Assembly (NCBI GenBank): GCA_004297735.1
Contig: SCTI01000002.1
Coordinates: 256,160-320,159, forward strand
Source: Patescibacteria group bacterium
GTDB taxonomy: Bacteria > Patescibacteriota > Saccharimonadia > UBA4664 > SCTI01
DNA length: 64,000 nt
Direction: 5' to 3'
Shown here piece after piece: positions 54,812 through 64,000 of this stretch. The stretch's first letter is position 1, and each line of letters opens with the position of its first letter. Under the pieces are notes generated by a model. That model did not search any database, was not told where the DNA came from, and saw only the letters and a list, made by a program, of their open reading frames with translations. The position numbers were made by a program, and so were the translations under genes.

Positions 54812-55030
54812 AAACCTCCACCAGTTTTAGGTTTGCGATAGATCAATCATAACCGGTTTTTAGGGTTGTCCACAACCTCTAAAATTCACCGTTTTTTATC
54901 CACAACCACCATAATACCAGGTTATATTTTGGGGAAAACCCCTTGAAACTAGTGGAAAACCAATTTTTTTGTTCAGAAATATTTAATCTAACAGATTGAC
55001 TTTTAAGGTAATTTTGCGTATCATGCTGCA
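54812..55030. other. DnaA-box cluster upstream of dnaA (second oriC part or autoregulation)
   Basis: TTATCCACA 54896-54904, TTGTCCACA 54866-54874, further degenerate boxes. Confidence 0.75.
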
Positions 55031-55032
55031 GT

Positions 55033-55170
55033 ATGTCAAAGCGAACACATCAACCCAAAAAATCACGACGCCAGCGAGTCCACGGCTTTTTAAAGCGAAT
55101 GAGTACTCGAGCTGGTCAGTCGGTGTTACGTCGACGTCGACTTAAGGGTCGCAAGCGAGTTGCGATTTAG
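55033..55170 (+). CDS. rpmH: 50S ribosomal protein L34 (below the ORF-track cutoff)
   Basis: [45 protein letters not shown]. Confidence 0.97.
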   Translation: MSKRTHQPKKSRRQRVHGFLKRMSTRAGQSVLRRRRLKGRKRVAI

Positions 55171-55175
55171 TCGAT

Positions 55176-55523
55176 ATGCTCGCGCGTCAATACCGGCTTA
55201 AGAGCTCCCGCGATATATCGCGGGTTTTTCGCACCGGCCGATTTGGTCGATCGGACAGCTTACTGGTTAAGGCGGCGCCGAACCACTTGGCGTACAGTCG
55301 TGCCGTGGTGGTTGTTAGTAAAAAAGTCGATAAGCGGGCGGTGGTCCGAAACCGGAATCGCCGCCGACTGGTAGCCGAGCTAAATAAGCGCTGGCAGACA
55401 GTTCGCCCCGGATACGATATAGTTATAACAGTACGCGCCGATCTAGCCGAGACGGACTTAGCCGAGCTGCAGCAGCAGCTTAGTCGCTCCCTAGCAAAGG
55501 CGCAGGTAATAGCAGAGGATTAG
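55176..55523 (+). CDS. rnpA: RNase P protein
   Basis: VVSKKVDKRAVVRNRNRR (RNR motif). Confidence 0.95.
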   Translation: MLARQYRLKSSRDISRVFRTGRFGRSDSLLVKAAPNHLAYSRAVVVVSKKVDKRAVVRNRNRRRLVAELNKRWQTVRPGYDIVITVRADLAETDLAELQQQLSRSLAKAQVIAED

Positions 55524-55529
55524 AAATTT

Positions 55530-56408
55530 ATGTTTACAACCCTGTTTGTAGAGCCGCTTTTTAACATACTTTTTATTATTTATGGGCTGTTACCAGGACA
55601 TGATTTTGGTGTAGCGGTAATTTGTTTGACGATTTTGGTGCGCTTGGCGTTATGGCCGCTAGTCACCCGACAGCTTCATTCGCAGCGAATGATGCAACAG
55701 ATGGCCCCCGAGATTGCGCGGATTCGCAAAGAGACCGAGGGTGATCGCGAAAAGCAGACCCAAATGCTAATGGAGCTATATAAGGAGCGGGGGACCAGTC
55801 CTTTTGCGCCACTGCTGCCAATCTTAATTCAGCTGCCAATCTTTTTTGCGCTATACATTGTGTTCCGCGATAGCGTTCATCCCGAAAAGCTAACCCAACT
55901 ACTTTACCCGTGGGTAGAGCAGATTCCGGCGGTTGCCAACGTAATTGCTAACAACAGCCAGTTTAGCCCAACCCTGTTTGGCCTGGTTAACCTAACTCAG
56001 CCAAGCCTGGTGCTAGCGGTGTTGGCCGGTGCGGCCCAGTGGTACCAAACCAAGATGCTGCAGCCAAAAGTTAAAAGCGAAGACCCACAGGCTCGCATGA
56101 TGCAGACCATGACCAAGGTCTTTCCAATCCTAACGGTAGTGATTGGCTTGACTCTACCGTCGGCTCTAGCGTTGTACTGGGCGGTAACTAGCGCGGTCGC
56201 GATTTTGCAGCAGCACTTAGTGCTAAACCGGGATGCGCGGGAGATGGAGGAGATTAAGTCCCCAGCCATAACCGCACCTAAGAGCGTCACCACGGTGTCT
56301 GGCAAGGGCGAGGATGCGGTTAAGATCACACAGACCACAGTTGATGCGCCTGCCGGTTCAAAGAAGCCTAAAAAGGCCAAGGGGCGCAAAAAGCGAGGCA
56401 GCGCGTGA
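55530..56408 (+). CDS. yidC: Membrane protein insertase YidC (short monoderm type)
   Basis: LTILVRL.LWPL, MELYKE.G.SP, LIQLPIF, LALYW. Confidence 0.93.
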   Translation: MFTTLFVEPLFNILFIIYGLLPGHDFGVAVICLTILVRLALWPLVTRQLHSQRMMQQMAPEIARIRKETEGDREKQTQMLMELYKERGTSPFAPLLPILIQLPIFFALYIVFRDSVHPEKLTQLLYPWVEQIPAVANVIANNSQFSPTLFGLVNLTQPSLVLAVLAGAAQWYQTKMLQPKVKSEDPQARMMQTMTKVFPILTVVIGLTLPSALALYWAVTSAVAILQQHLVLNRDAREMEEIKSPAITAPKSVTTVSGKGEDAVKITQTTVDAPAGSKKPKKAKGRKKRGSA

Positions 56409-56863
56409 GCGCCCTGGCCGCCCCCGAGTTTGCCCGCCAACGGCTAGAGGATTTATTGACCTTTTTTGGGGTTAACACCGAGGTTAAGGTGAGCACCAAC
56501 GACAACACTATTGAGTTGTCGCTTGATTCAGATTTAAGCGGCACCCTAATTGGTCACCGCGGCGAAACCCTGCTCGCGCTGCAGCACATGGTCAACATGT
56601 TGGTGCGCACCGAGTATCCCGAGCGATGGTACGTGCATGTTGATATCGGTGGATATCGCCAAGCCCGTATGGAGCGGTTAGAGGCCAAGGCGGTTAAAAT
56701 TGCTGAGCGGGTGGTTGAAAGCGGTAAAGAGGTGGTGCTGCCGCCAATGACCGCTGCCGAGCGCCGTCACGTCCATTCAGCCCTGGCCGATCGTGAGGGA
56801 GTGGTGACCGAATCGCGCGGCGATGGCAACCGGCGCAGATTGGTGATTCGAGTAAGCGAGTAG
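56405..56863 (+). CDS. jag: Jag/KhpB KH-R3H RNA-binding protein
   Basis: LIGHRGETL.ALQ, ERRHVH; follows yidC. Confidence 0.88.
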   Translation: MSALAAPEFARQRLEDLLTFFGVNTEVKVSTNDNTIELSLDSDLSGTLIGHRGETLLALQHMVNMLVRTEYPERWYVHVDIGGYRQARMERLEAKAVKIAERVVESGKEVVLPPMTAAERRHVHSALADREGVVTESRGDGNRRRLVIRVSE

Positions 56864-56868
56864 AACCT

Positions 56869-57972
56869 CTACTCGGATTTGAGAGCTTGCTGGTAGACCT
56901 TGAGAGTTTGTTCAGCGGTTCGCTTCCAGTTAAACTGTCCGGCCCGCTTTGGTCCGGCGGTTTTTAGTTTGGCTAGCAGCTTCTTATCGGCCAGAGTGGT
57001 TTTAATAACTTTAGCCATCTCGTTAATATCTTCTGGGTCAAAGTAAACCGCGGCGTCGCCGTAAACCTCTGGCAGACAGGTAGCGGTTGAGGAGGCCACC
57101 GGTAAACCATAGCTCATGGCTTCAAGACCGGGCAATCCAAAACCCTCCGAAAGCGAGGGGAACACGTAAAGCTCGGCGTTTTGGTATAACCAAGCTAGCT
57201 CCTCGTCGCTAACAAAGCCAGCGAAGTAAACCGAAGAAATATCTCTTTGCTGAACGTACTCGGCCAGTTCTCCGTAAAAAAAGTCGGGCTTGCCGGCAAG
57301 GACGAGCTGGTAGTCTTTAAGTTTAGCAACCGCAAAGGCGTCAATTAGAGCCCCAAGGTTTTTATAAGGAAAAGCATTGCCAACATAAAGGATGAATTTC
57401 TTACCCTTGAGCTTGGGTATAGGGGTGATTTTAGTGGAGGGCGGTTCGCCTGCCAGGTAGGTGGTGGTGACCTTTTGGGGATCGGCTTTGTAACTTGATA
57501 CCACCTGTTGGCGGACAAAGTTGGTTATGGTGATGAGCTGGTCAGAACTACGGATAACCCGGCGCACTAAAACTTTAAAAACCAACGGCTTAATGGTGTG
57601 TTTGTAAAAGTTTTTTAATGGCCCCTCTTGGCGCTTATTCACAAAGTTAACGAGCGTTAGATCAAGTATGCTGGTTGTTTTTTTACCAAAATAAAGCAAG
57701 GGTTGTTGTGGCCCAGTAAAGTGAACCAGGTCGGGCTGCAGGCGGTATAACAGCCAGGCAAACTGGATCTGCTCGCGGAAGGTGTATGGTGGGTAGTCGG
57801 CAACCGCCTTGGTAAAGTTTGGGTTGGTGGGCTGCCAGCGATCAAAATCATCGGCGCGTAACAACACAACATACTCATTATCGGTGTCAATCTGCTGTAA
57901 ATATTCCAGTAGCCGATCAATATATCGGCCGGTGCTGGTGTTGATGATACGAGCGTCGATGGCGATCTTCAT
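56869..57972 (-). CDS. Glycosyltransferase family 4
   Basis: MKIAIDAR, FPSLSEGFGLPGLEAM. Confidence 0.9.
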   Translation of the reverse strand: MKIAIDARIINTSTGRYIDRLLEYLQQIDTDNEYVVLLRADDFDRWQPTNPNFTKAVADYPPYTFREQIQFAWLLYRLQPDLVHFTGPQQPLLYFGKKTTSILDLTLVNFVNKRQEGPLKNFYKHTIKPLVFKVLVRRVIRSSDQLITITNFVRQQVVSSYKADPQKVTTTYLAGEPPSTKITPIPKLKGKKFILYVGNAFPYKNLGALIDAFAVAKLKDYQLVLAGKPDFFYGELAEYVQQRDISSVYFAGFVSDEELAWLYQNAELYVFPSLSEGFGLPGLEAMSYGLPVASSTATCLPEVYGDAAVYFDPEDINEMAKVIKTTLADKKLLAKLKTAGPKRAGQFNWKRTAEQTLKVYQQALKSE

Positions 57973-57976
57973 AGTA

Positions 57977-59284
57977 CTAGCTTACCTTTTTGGCGCCAAC
58001 AGTAACTCCCGCCAGCAGCCCAATATAAACCCATATATGGGTTATATATAGAGTTGAAAACAGTTGATACTGGAAGGCAATACCAGCCAGCCCGACAAGC
58101 AGTCCTAGGGCAACCAGGCGAAGGCTCCGATCTGATCCAGACAGAATAAAGCTAGCCGCCAACTTAGCCAGACTAAGGCTAAACAGGAGAATTAAGATTA
58201 AACCAATAAAACCTTGTTCGGCGGCAATTTCGAGGGTTTCGTTGTTAACAATTGTTTCTGACGAAGGGAACTTAACCGGCTCCTGTTGATTGGCGTAGTA
58301 GCCGTAGTTGCCGGCACCAATACCGATGAGCGGATTTTCTACTACCGCCATTGCGGCGAGCTTGCGGGCTAGGGCTCTGCCCTCAGCCGATTCACCCTTG
58401 TTTACATTGGTGGCCTGATCAGTAAACTCCTCAATGTTATGTTGTACCGACGGTTTCTTATTAACCCCGTAAACATCACCGTATAGAAAGCTACCCAGCC
58501 CAATACAGGCTAGGGTGATAATGGTAGCGCCAAGGCCGGTAGCCACCACCTTGAGTGCTGGCATGGTGCGCTTTCGGTATAGTCCAATGGCTATCAAAAC
58601 TATCACAATAATAATTGCTGCAACCTGAGCCCCACGCGACAACGACAGGAGTATGACGGTTAAAACTAAAAGGGAGAATGGCCAGCTACGTAGCTTGGTA
58701 AACAGTTGGGAAACAACTAGGAGCGCAAGCGGGACAAGCAGGTAGTTGGCAAAGAACAGCGGCTCCAGGGCGGTTGACTGGATGCGTGGAAAGGGGAAGA
58801 TGCCGCCTTTCATGTAGTTTTGACTTAGCCCAGTGAGCCACCCAGGCAGGTCGGCCAGATCGCCAAAATACTGGTAAATCCCAAATAAGCAGCTCATGAC
58901 CACGCCAATTAAACCATAACTAAGGTAGCGCTTAAGGTGATTTGGATCAAAAACCGTCGCTATAGTAAAACTAAGGACCGACACAAACCCAATAAAGGCG
59001 GCAATAGTCAGACTTTCTTTGGGGTGTTGGCTGACTGCCGCAGAAATAACTACAACTACATTAAATAGCACCAAAAAAACCCAAGGCAACTGCATCAATT
59101 TAGCTCGGCTGCTCCACAGTAGTTTGGTGCTTAATAGGATCAGAGCTAAACCAAGTAGCTGGCTAATTCTAATGGTGGTGCCATTTGCCCCAACAGATAC
59201 CGACGGTATGCGCTCAAGGGGTAGCGTTAGCAGTATGCCATACAGTAAGTACTGGCGAATGTTGGCAAGTTGAAGCGTTTTCAT
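57977..59284 (-). CDS. O-antigen ligase/polymerase-like membrane protein
   Basis: Multiple TMs, RIQST.LEP, SLSRG, NPLIGIGAGNY, NN..LEI.AE.G. Confidence 0.82.
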   Translation of the reverse strand: MKTLQLANIRQYLLYGILLTLPLERIPSVSVGANGTTIRISQLLGLALILLSTKLLWSSRAKLMQLPWVFLVLFNVVVVISAAVSQHPKESLTIAAFIGFVSVLSFTIATVFDPNHLKRYLSYGLIGVVMSCLFGIYQYFGDLADLPGWLTGLSQNYMKGGIFPFPRIQSTALEPLFFANYLLVPLALLVVSQLFTKLRSWPFSLLVLTVILLSLSRGAQVAAIIIVIVLIAIGLYRKRTMPALKVVATGLGATIITLACIGLGSFLYGDVYGVNKKPSVQHNIEEFTDQATNVNKGESAEGRALARKLAAMAVVENPLIGIGAGNYGYYANQQEPVKFPSSETIVNNETLEIAAEQGFIGLILILLFSLSLAKLAASFILSGSDRSLRLVALGLLVGLAGIAFQYQLFSTLYITHIWVYIGLLAGVTVGAKKVS

Positions 59285-59326
59285 TCTCTCTATCTTAAAC
59301 AATGATTGCCCCTGGCTCAAATTTAA

Positions 59327-60301
59327 TCACAGCTTTTTAGCTAACGGTGAGACGAGGCGGGTTCTAAGTGGCCAATGGTCGGTTAGCAGATCCTCTACCT
59401 GTCTGCTGGTCAGCTTGCGTTTTGACTGGATCTGGCGGCGCTTGGCTAGGGTCTTGGGTAGTTTTAGCAAGCACTCACCATAGGCACTCAGAGCTACCGT
59501 AATTGCCCCGGCCTTAATGGCGGCCAAGAACAAAAGAGTCTGAACAAACATAAAGCGGGGAAGCAGCTTCCAAAATAATGGCGAAGGCATATTTTTTAGG
59601 TACAAGTAATTGGTGTTTTTTAACGACTGCCTGCGGGCAAAGTGACCCAATTTGCCGGATGTAGCACCAATATGATGATAGACGCGAGCCTTGGGGGCAA
59701 GCACAATCTTGAAGCCCGCTAAACGCGCTCGAAAGCCAAAATCAACGTCCTCCGAGTAGGCAAAAAAGTCTTCGTCGAGCAGGCCAATGGCGTCGTATAC
59801 CTCTCGTTTACAGATATTGGCGCCACCGCTGGCAGCAAATATTTCGGGATAGCCGGTATATTCAACATCATCTTTTTGGTCGCGCTGGCGAGGGTAAGAT
59901 AGACCCCATTTCGAAACAAAATCTCCAGTGGAGTCAACTAGGGTGTGATCATCGTAGTGCAGAATTTTAGCTGCTGCCATGTCAGCGTGCTTCATGGCGT
60001 CAATTAGTTCCTCAAGCCAGGTGGGCTCCGCGATAGCATCGTTGTTAAGTAGCGAGATATATTCGCCTCGCGCAATCTTAATACCAGAATTAACTCCCCC
60101 GGCAAACCCAATGTTTTTAGGTAGGCGAACTAGCACAACATTGGGGAATTTATTTTCGATGAGAGCAACCGAGCCATCGGTCGAGCCGTTATCAACCACA
60201 ATGGTTTCAAAGTCGGTAAAGGTCTGTTTTTTAAGTGCGTTTAAGCACTCGGTTAGATGCTCCTCACCGTTCCAGTTGGGAATTACGACGGAGGCTTTCA
60301 T
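59327..60301 (-). CDS. Glycosyltransferase family 2
   Basis: VVIPNWNG, VDNGSTD, LLNNDA, YSEDVD. Confidence 0.9.
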   Translation of the reverse strand: MKASVVIPNWNGEEHLTECLNALKKQTFTDFETIVVDNGSTDGSVALIENKFPNVVLVRLPKNIGFAGGVNSGIKIARGEYISLLNNDAIAEPTWLEELIDAMKHADMAAAKILHYDDHTLVDSTGDFVSKWGLSYPRQRDQKDDVEYTGYPEIFAASGGANICKREVYDAIGLLDEDFFAYSEDVDFGFRARLAGFKIVLAPKARVYHHIGATSGKLGHFARRQSLKNTNYLYLKNMPSPLFWKLLPRFMFVQTLLFLAAIKAGAITVALSAYGECLLKLPKTLAKRRQIQSKRKLTSRQVEDLLTDHWPLRTRLVSPLAKKL

Positions 60302-61629
60302 GAACGCTTAAAGGTAATTTTGTAGGCCTTACTAGCAACATTGGTCATAACCGGCCAGACGCCTTTGGCGTCCTTAATGTCTTTGAGGGTGTGACGATAA
60401 ATAGCGAGAATATGCTTAAATTCAGCGTAGGTAATTTTTTTACGGGCATGGGGGTGCTCAATCATGCTACGAATGGGCGAGACCACCTTTTGCCAGCGAT
60501 ACTCCTCACGAATCTGCTTAATATTATTCTTAATTTCTTTGGCGAACTTTTTATCGTCGGCAAGCTTAATGATTGCTTCCGCCAGGGCGTCAATATTTTC
60601 ATACGGAACGGTTATGCCAAGGTTGCGGGCGGCGATAAGCTCGGCCATACTGTCGCCTTCGGTGGCAATAATTGGTAGTTCGGTCCAGAAGTAGTCGAGT
60701 ACTCGGGTGCGGAAGGAGAAGCGGGTTTCGACGTGGTTAAAGTGAGTTGAAACGCCAATGTCGGCTTCTAGAAAGTGGTTTTGGCGCTCGCCATAAGGCA
60801 CCCAGCCATAGTTAAAGAAAACTTGCTTATCGTACAGATCAAGCTCCTTGGCCAGATTGACCGCCTCGGTAGCCATCTCCATTTCGGGGACGTCGCTGTT
60901 AGGGTGCTTAAGGCCCATAAAGACCAGCTTAATATCGTCACGCTTTTGGCTGACCTGATGAACCGCCTTAATAAGAGTGAGCGGATCAAACCAGTTCCAT
61001 ATACCTCCTCCCCACAAGAGTACGGTGTCATCCTTGGCAATACCCAGCTTTTTGCGAAAGCCTTCGCCGGTTTTCTTTGGCTCGTCGTCCTGCAAGCCAA
61101 ACGGAACCACGTCAATCAGTCGATTGAGTGACACGTCTTGGGCGTAGGCGTCGGGGGTGAGGCGCCCGAGGCCCATGAGTGAACCCAGCCACAGGTCACG
61201 CTGCTTTTGGCTGGCACAGATGACCGAGTCGGCAAATTGTAGTGACAGCTGAAGCTCAGCTAAAAAGCGACTGTTTTTATTGGCTTGAGTCTGCATGGGC
61301 TGGTGCTTATAGATTTCAAGACCCTCTAGCAAGATTGGATCGTAGTAGTCCAGAATCACTCGAGTATTATTGCGCCGAGCCAAATAAGCCATGGTAGGGG
61401 AGATAGATTGAGAAATAATAACGTCGTAGCCATCTAAAAACTTACCAATCGCCTTATTGTTGTATGACACAATTTTAAAGCCCTCGCCGGTGACGTCGGG
61501 GTGGTTGGGGGCGGCTAGCGTGACCTGGTGGTTTGCGCTTAAAGCCTTGGCAAACTCCCAGTAGCGAATACCGGGACCGGCCATGGTTTTGCCAATAACA
61601 TCTTGAGAAAAAATCAGTACTTTTGACAT
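60298..61629 (-). CDS. Glycosyltransferase (GT4-like)
   Basis: MAGPGIRY, WGGGIWNWFDP, ETRFSFRTRVLDY. Confidence 0.8.
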   Translation of the reverse strand: MSKVLIFSQDVIGKTMAGPGIRYWEFAKALSANHQVTLAAPNHPDVTGEGFKIVSYNNKAIGKFLDGYDVIISQSISPTMAYLARRNNTRVILDYYDPILLEGLEIYKHQPMQTQANKNSRFLAELQLSLQFADSVICASQKQRDLWLGSLMGLGRLTPDAYAQDVSLNRLIDVVPFGLQDDEPKKTGEGFRKKLGIAKDDTVLLWGGGIWNWFDPLTLIKAVHQVSQKRDDIKLVFMGLKHPNSDVPEMEMATEAVNLAKELDLYDKQVFFNYGWVPYGERQNHFLEADIGVSTHFNHVETRFSFRTRVLDYFWTELPIIATEGDSMAELIAARNLGITVPYENIDALAEAIIKLADDKKFAKEIKNNIKQIREEYRWQKVVSPIRSMIEHPHARKKITYAEFKHILAIYRHTLKDIKDAKGVWPVMTNVASKAYKITFKRS

Positions 61630-61669
61630 AACAGGTGTTTACGTACTCATAGATTGTATAATAGGGGAC

Positions 61670-63157
61670 ATGAGTTCTGCAAAACCTCCCGAGTTAACCC
61701 TACGCCAAAAAGCGGTCAAAGGGGTATTTTGGATTGGCTTTGTGACAATTGGCGCCAAAATCCTAAGCGTGATAACCACCCTAATATTGGCGCGGCTACT
61801 TGTACCGGAAGATTTTGGCTTGGTAGCAGTTGCCGGTATTGTTATGAACGCATTAACTATTTTTACCGACTTAGGCCTGGGTACAGCCATTGTCCACAGT
61901 AAGCATGATCGAGACAAGGTTGGTTCAACCGCCCTTGTGATGATGCCGGCAATTGCTACTTTTCTATACATTATTACCTTTATTTTTGCTCCGTCTATAG
62001 CAACAGCTTTAGGAAGTAGCGAAGCCACAAACATTATTAGAATCCTGGCCATTAACCTGCTATTTACCAGCCTGAGTATTGTTCCAAGTGCGCTGATGGA
62101 GAAAGACATGGCCTTTAAGCGCAAGGTTGTACCCGAACTGGTACCAATTTTGGTGTACGTGGTTGTCGCAATTAGTTTAGCGGCCTTTACTCAGCTTGGT
62201 GCCTACAGTATTGTATTTGGTCAGCTGTCCCAGGGTGCCGCTGCCTTTATTTTGTACTGGGCGGTATCAAGCTGGCGGCCAGTTTGGCGATTTAGCACCG
62301 AGGTCGCTAAAGAGTTGATCGGTTACGGTAAGCACGTATTAGGGGGTAGCCTGCTCTTGTTTGCCACCACCAATCTAGACAACGTGTTTGTGAGCCGTAT
62401 TCTTGGAGTGGGATCGCTTGGTTTTTACACTTTGGCGTACTCAATCGCCAATATGCCGGCCACGCACGTGGCGGATGTTTTGGGTAGAGTTCTGTTTCCG
62501 GCTCTTGTGCAGATGAATGACGATTTTGAGAGAATGCGTAAAAACTACATCCGTAGCCTTAAGGTCTTGGTGTTTTTTACCTTTCCATTGCTCGCCGGTT
62601 TGGCGGCTATAGCACCGATTTTTGTGCCGGTGGTACTGGGTGAAAAGTGGATGCCCATGACCGCCGCCTTGTCGATTCTGGCGGTGTTTGGGGCAATTAG
62701 GGTGCTTTCGGGCGCTACCGGCAGCTTGCTGCTGGCCATGGGTAAACCACGCGTCATTTTTTACACCGGAATTACAGGACTAATTTTGCAGGTATTTTGG
62801 TTAAGCTACTTTTTGTTTTATCACCACTTTGGCGTTGCCGGCGCTGCGCTGGCGGTAAGTATCGGCTCAATGATGAATGCCTTGATCGTGTTTGGTTTTG
62901 TGCAAGCATTTATGCAGTTTTCGTATTCACGTATTGGTCTAAATATTGGCAGATGGGTGATTCCCTCACTAATTATGCTGATAGTAGTTTATGGCCTCGC
63001 TATTACGCTTCAACCATCGGTAACGGTGCTTATTTCGCTGGTTGGCTTGGGTGTGGCATTATATCTAGGCAGCTTCGTTATAATTAATGGAAAGAAGCCG
63101 TTAGTACAGATAGTGAACATTGCCCGCCACAAGGGTCGTGGCCAACTAGATTTTTAA
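61670..63157 (+). CDS. Wzx-type polysaccharide flippase
   Basis: LARLL.PEDFG, DLGLG.AIV, LGFYTLAY, VLFP, many TMs. Confidence 0.88.
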   Translation: MSSAKPPELTLRQKAVKGVFWIGFVTIGAKILSVITTLILARLLVPEDFGLVAVAGIVMNALTIFTDLGLGTAIVHSKHDRDKVGSTALVMMPAIATFLYIITFIFAPSIATALGSSEATNIIRILAINLLFTSLSIVPSALMEKDMAFKRKVVPELVPILVYVVVAISLAAFTQLGAYSIVFGQLSQGAAAFILYWAVSSWRPVWRFSTEVAKELIGYGKHVLGGSLLLFATTNLDNVFVSRILGVGSLGFYTLAYSIANMPATHVADVLGRVLFPALVQMNDDFERMRKNYIRSLKVLVFFTFPLLAGLAAIAPIFVPVVLGEKWMPMTAALSILAVFGAIRVLSGATGSLLLAMGKPRVIFYTGITGLILQVFWLSYFLFYHHFGVAGAALAVSIGSMMNALIVFGFVQAFMQFSYSRIGLNIGRWVIPSLIMLIVVYGLAITLQPSVTVLISLVGLGVALYLGSFVIINGKKPLVQIVNIARHKGRGQLDF

Positions 63158-63170
63158 GGAGGAATAAGCC

Positions 63171-63830
63171 TTGTCGCAAAGAGATACAAATAAGTTTTAT
63201 GCCGACCAAGTGGTACGCGTAGCCCCGGGCCAAATGGAATTTATTAAAAAGTATGCAGGAAAGCAGATTTTAGACGTGGCGGCGGCAACTGGCGACTATG
63301 TTGAGGCTCTAAACCAGGAGGGGTATGAGTGTACCGGCAGTGACCTTAATAAAGAGTATGTTGCTATTGCTAAAAAGCGAAATCTACCAGTAATAGTGGC
63401 TGATGCGAGTAATCTTAAGCTTAAAGACAACAGCGTGGACACCGTTATTTTGTTTGAGCTGCTTGAGCACATTAAGGACTCCCAAGACCGTATTGCGATC
63501 ATGAAAGAAGCAAAGCGAGTGGCTCGTAAAAACGTTTTAATAACCACTCCAAACTCTCATCACGTTGAGATGTTGCGCCGGTGCGGTCTCACCTACGAAC
63601 ATATGTTGGAAGTTGACCACAAAGTGTTCTTTACGGATGATCAGATTAAGTCAGATGTGGAAGCCGCTTTTGAGCGCTCCGATATAATCCCTTCGGAACA
63701 AATTGATAATCGTTTATTTGAAGAGTTATTTAATCTTAATCAGAGAAAGTGGCTGCGCCGAACATTTAAGTTCTACCCGTACACTCCCAAGCTTTTTTTC
63801 CGCTACTACGTGGTTGGCGACGCTAGCTAG
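63171..63830 (+). CDS. Class I SAM-dependent methyltransferase
   Basis: ILDVAAATG, ADA..L, ELLEHI, ITTPN; TTG start after AGGAGG. Confidence 0.85.
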   Translation: MSQRDTNKFYADQVVRVAPGQMEFIKKYAGKQILDVAAATGDYVEALNQEGYECTGSDLNKEYVAIAKKRNLPVIVADASNLKLKDNSVDTVILFELLEHIKDSQDRIAIMKEAKRVARKNVLITTPNSHHVEMLRRCGLTYEHMLEVDHKVFFTDDQIKSDVEAAFERSDIIPSEQIDNRLFEELFNLNQRKWLRRTFKFYPYTPKLFFRYYVVGDAS

Positions 63831-63836
63831 ATCAGA

Positions 63837-64000
63837 TTAATTTATATTTGAACCGGTTGGTACAAGATTTAAGGTGAAGTCAGGTATTCGCCGCAAGCCG
63901 TACTGGGCGTAGCTTGATTGGTAGGTTACCGGATTTGCAATCCAGCGCTTGGTGCCATTTTCAAAAGTGTAGATCTTAGGGTCGGATCCGTTCGCTACAT
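63837..64000 (-). CDS. C-terminal fragment of a probable surface protein
   Basis: Manual translation ...DPKIYTFENGTKRWIANPVTYQ...LNLVPTGSNIN*. Confidence 0.55.
   Translation of the reverse strand, partial: VANGSDPKIYTFENGTKRWIANPVTYQSSYAQYGLRRIPDFTLNLVPTGSNIN

Overview
Chromosomal, origin-proximal window of a Patescibacteria (CPR) bacterium, most likely Saccharibacteria-like (inferred from gene content; genetic code 11). It holds housekeeping genes (truB, rpsT, holA, mutM, polA, rpoD, dnaG, groEL/ES with CIRCE, murE plus two FemABX, tsaD, valS), five tRNAs (four Ser isoacceptors and an unusual Arg-GCG) and a RelBE-type TA pair. The Patescibacteria type IV secretion locus (8 tandem VirB2-like pilins, 2 VirB6-like proteins, PrgI, VirB4, cell-wall hydrolases) abuts dciA-recF-dnaN-dnaA/oriC-rpmH-rnpA-yidC-jag, followed by a glycan cluster. 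The most notable unexplained signals are: (1) a ~1 kb GC-rich minus-strand unit (16361-17422) with a consensus promoter, an intrinsic terminator, a perfect 16-bp end-closing inverted repeat, dense hairpins and one 76-aa ORF; (2) a Zn-finger/PD-(D/E)XK orphan ending in the SSB-type tail DDIPF beside dnaG, next to a ~180-nt fold-back; (3) GGTCNGACC palindromes in 17-bp-period arrays; (4) two parS-like palindromes inside valS; (5) widespread apparent leaderless promoters. All calls were made by eye without database searches.
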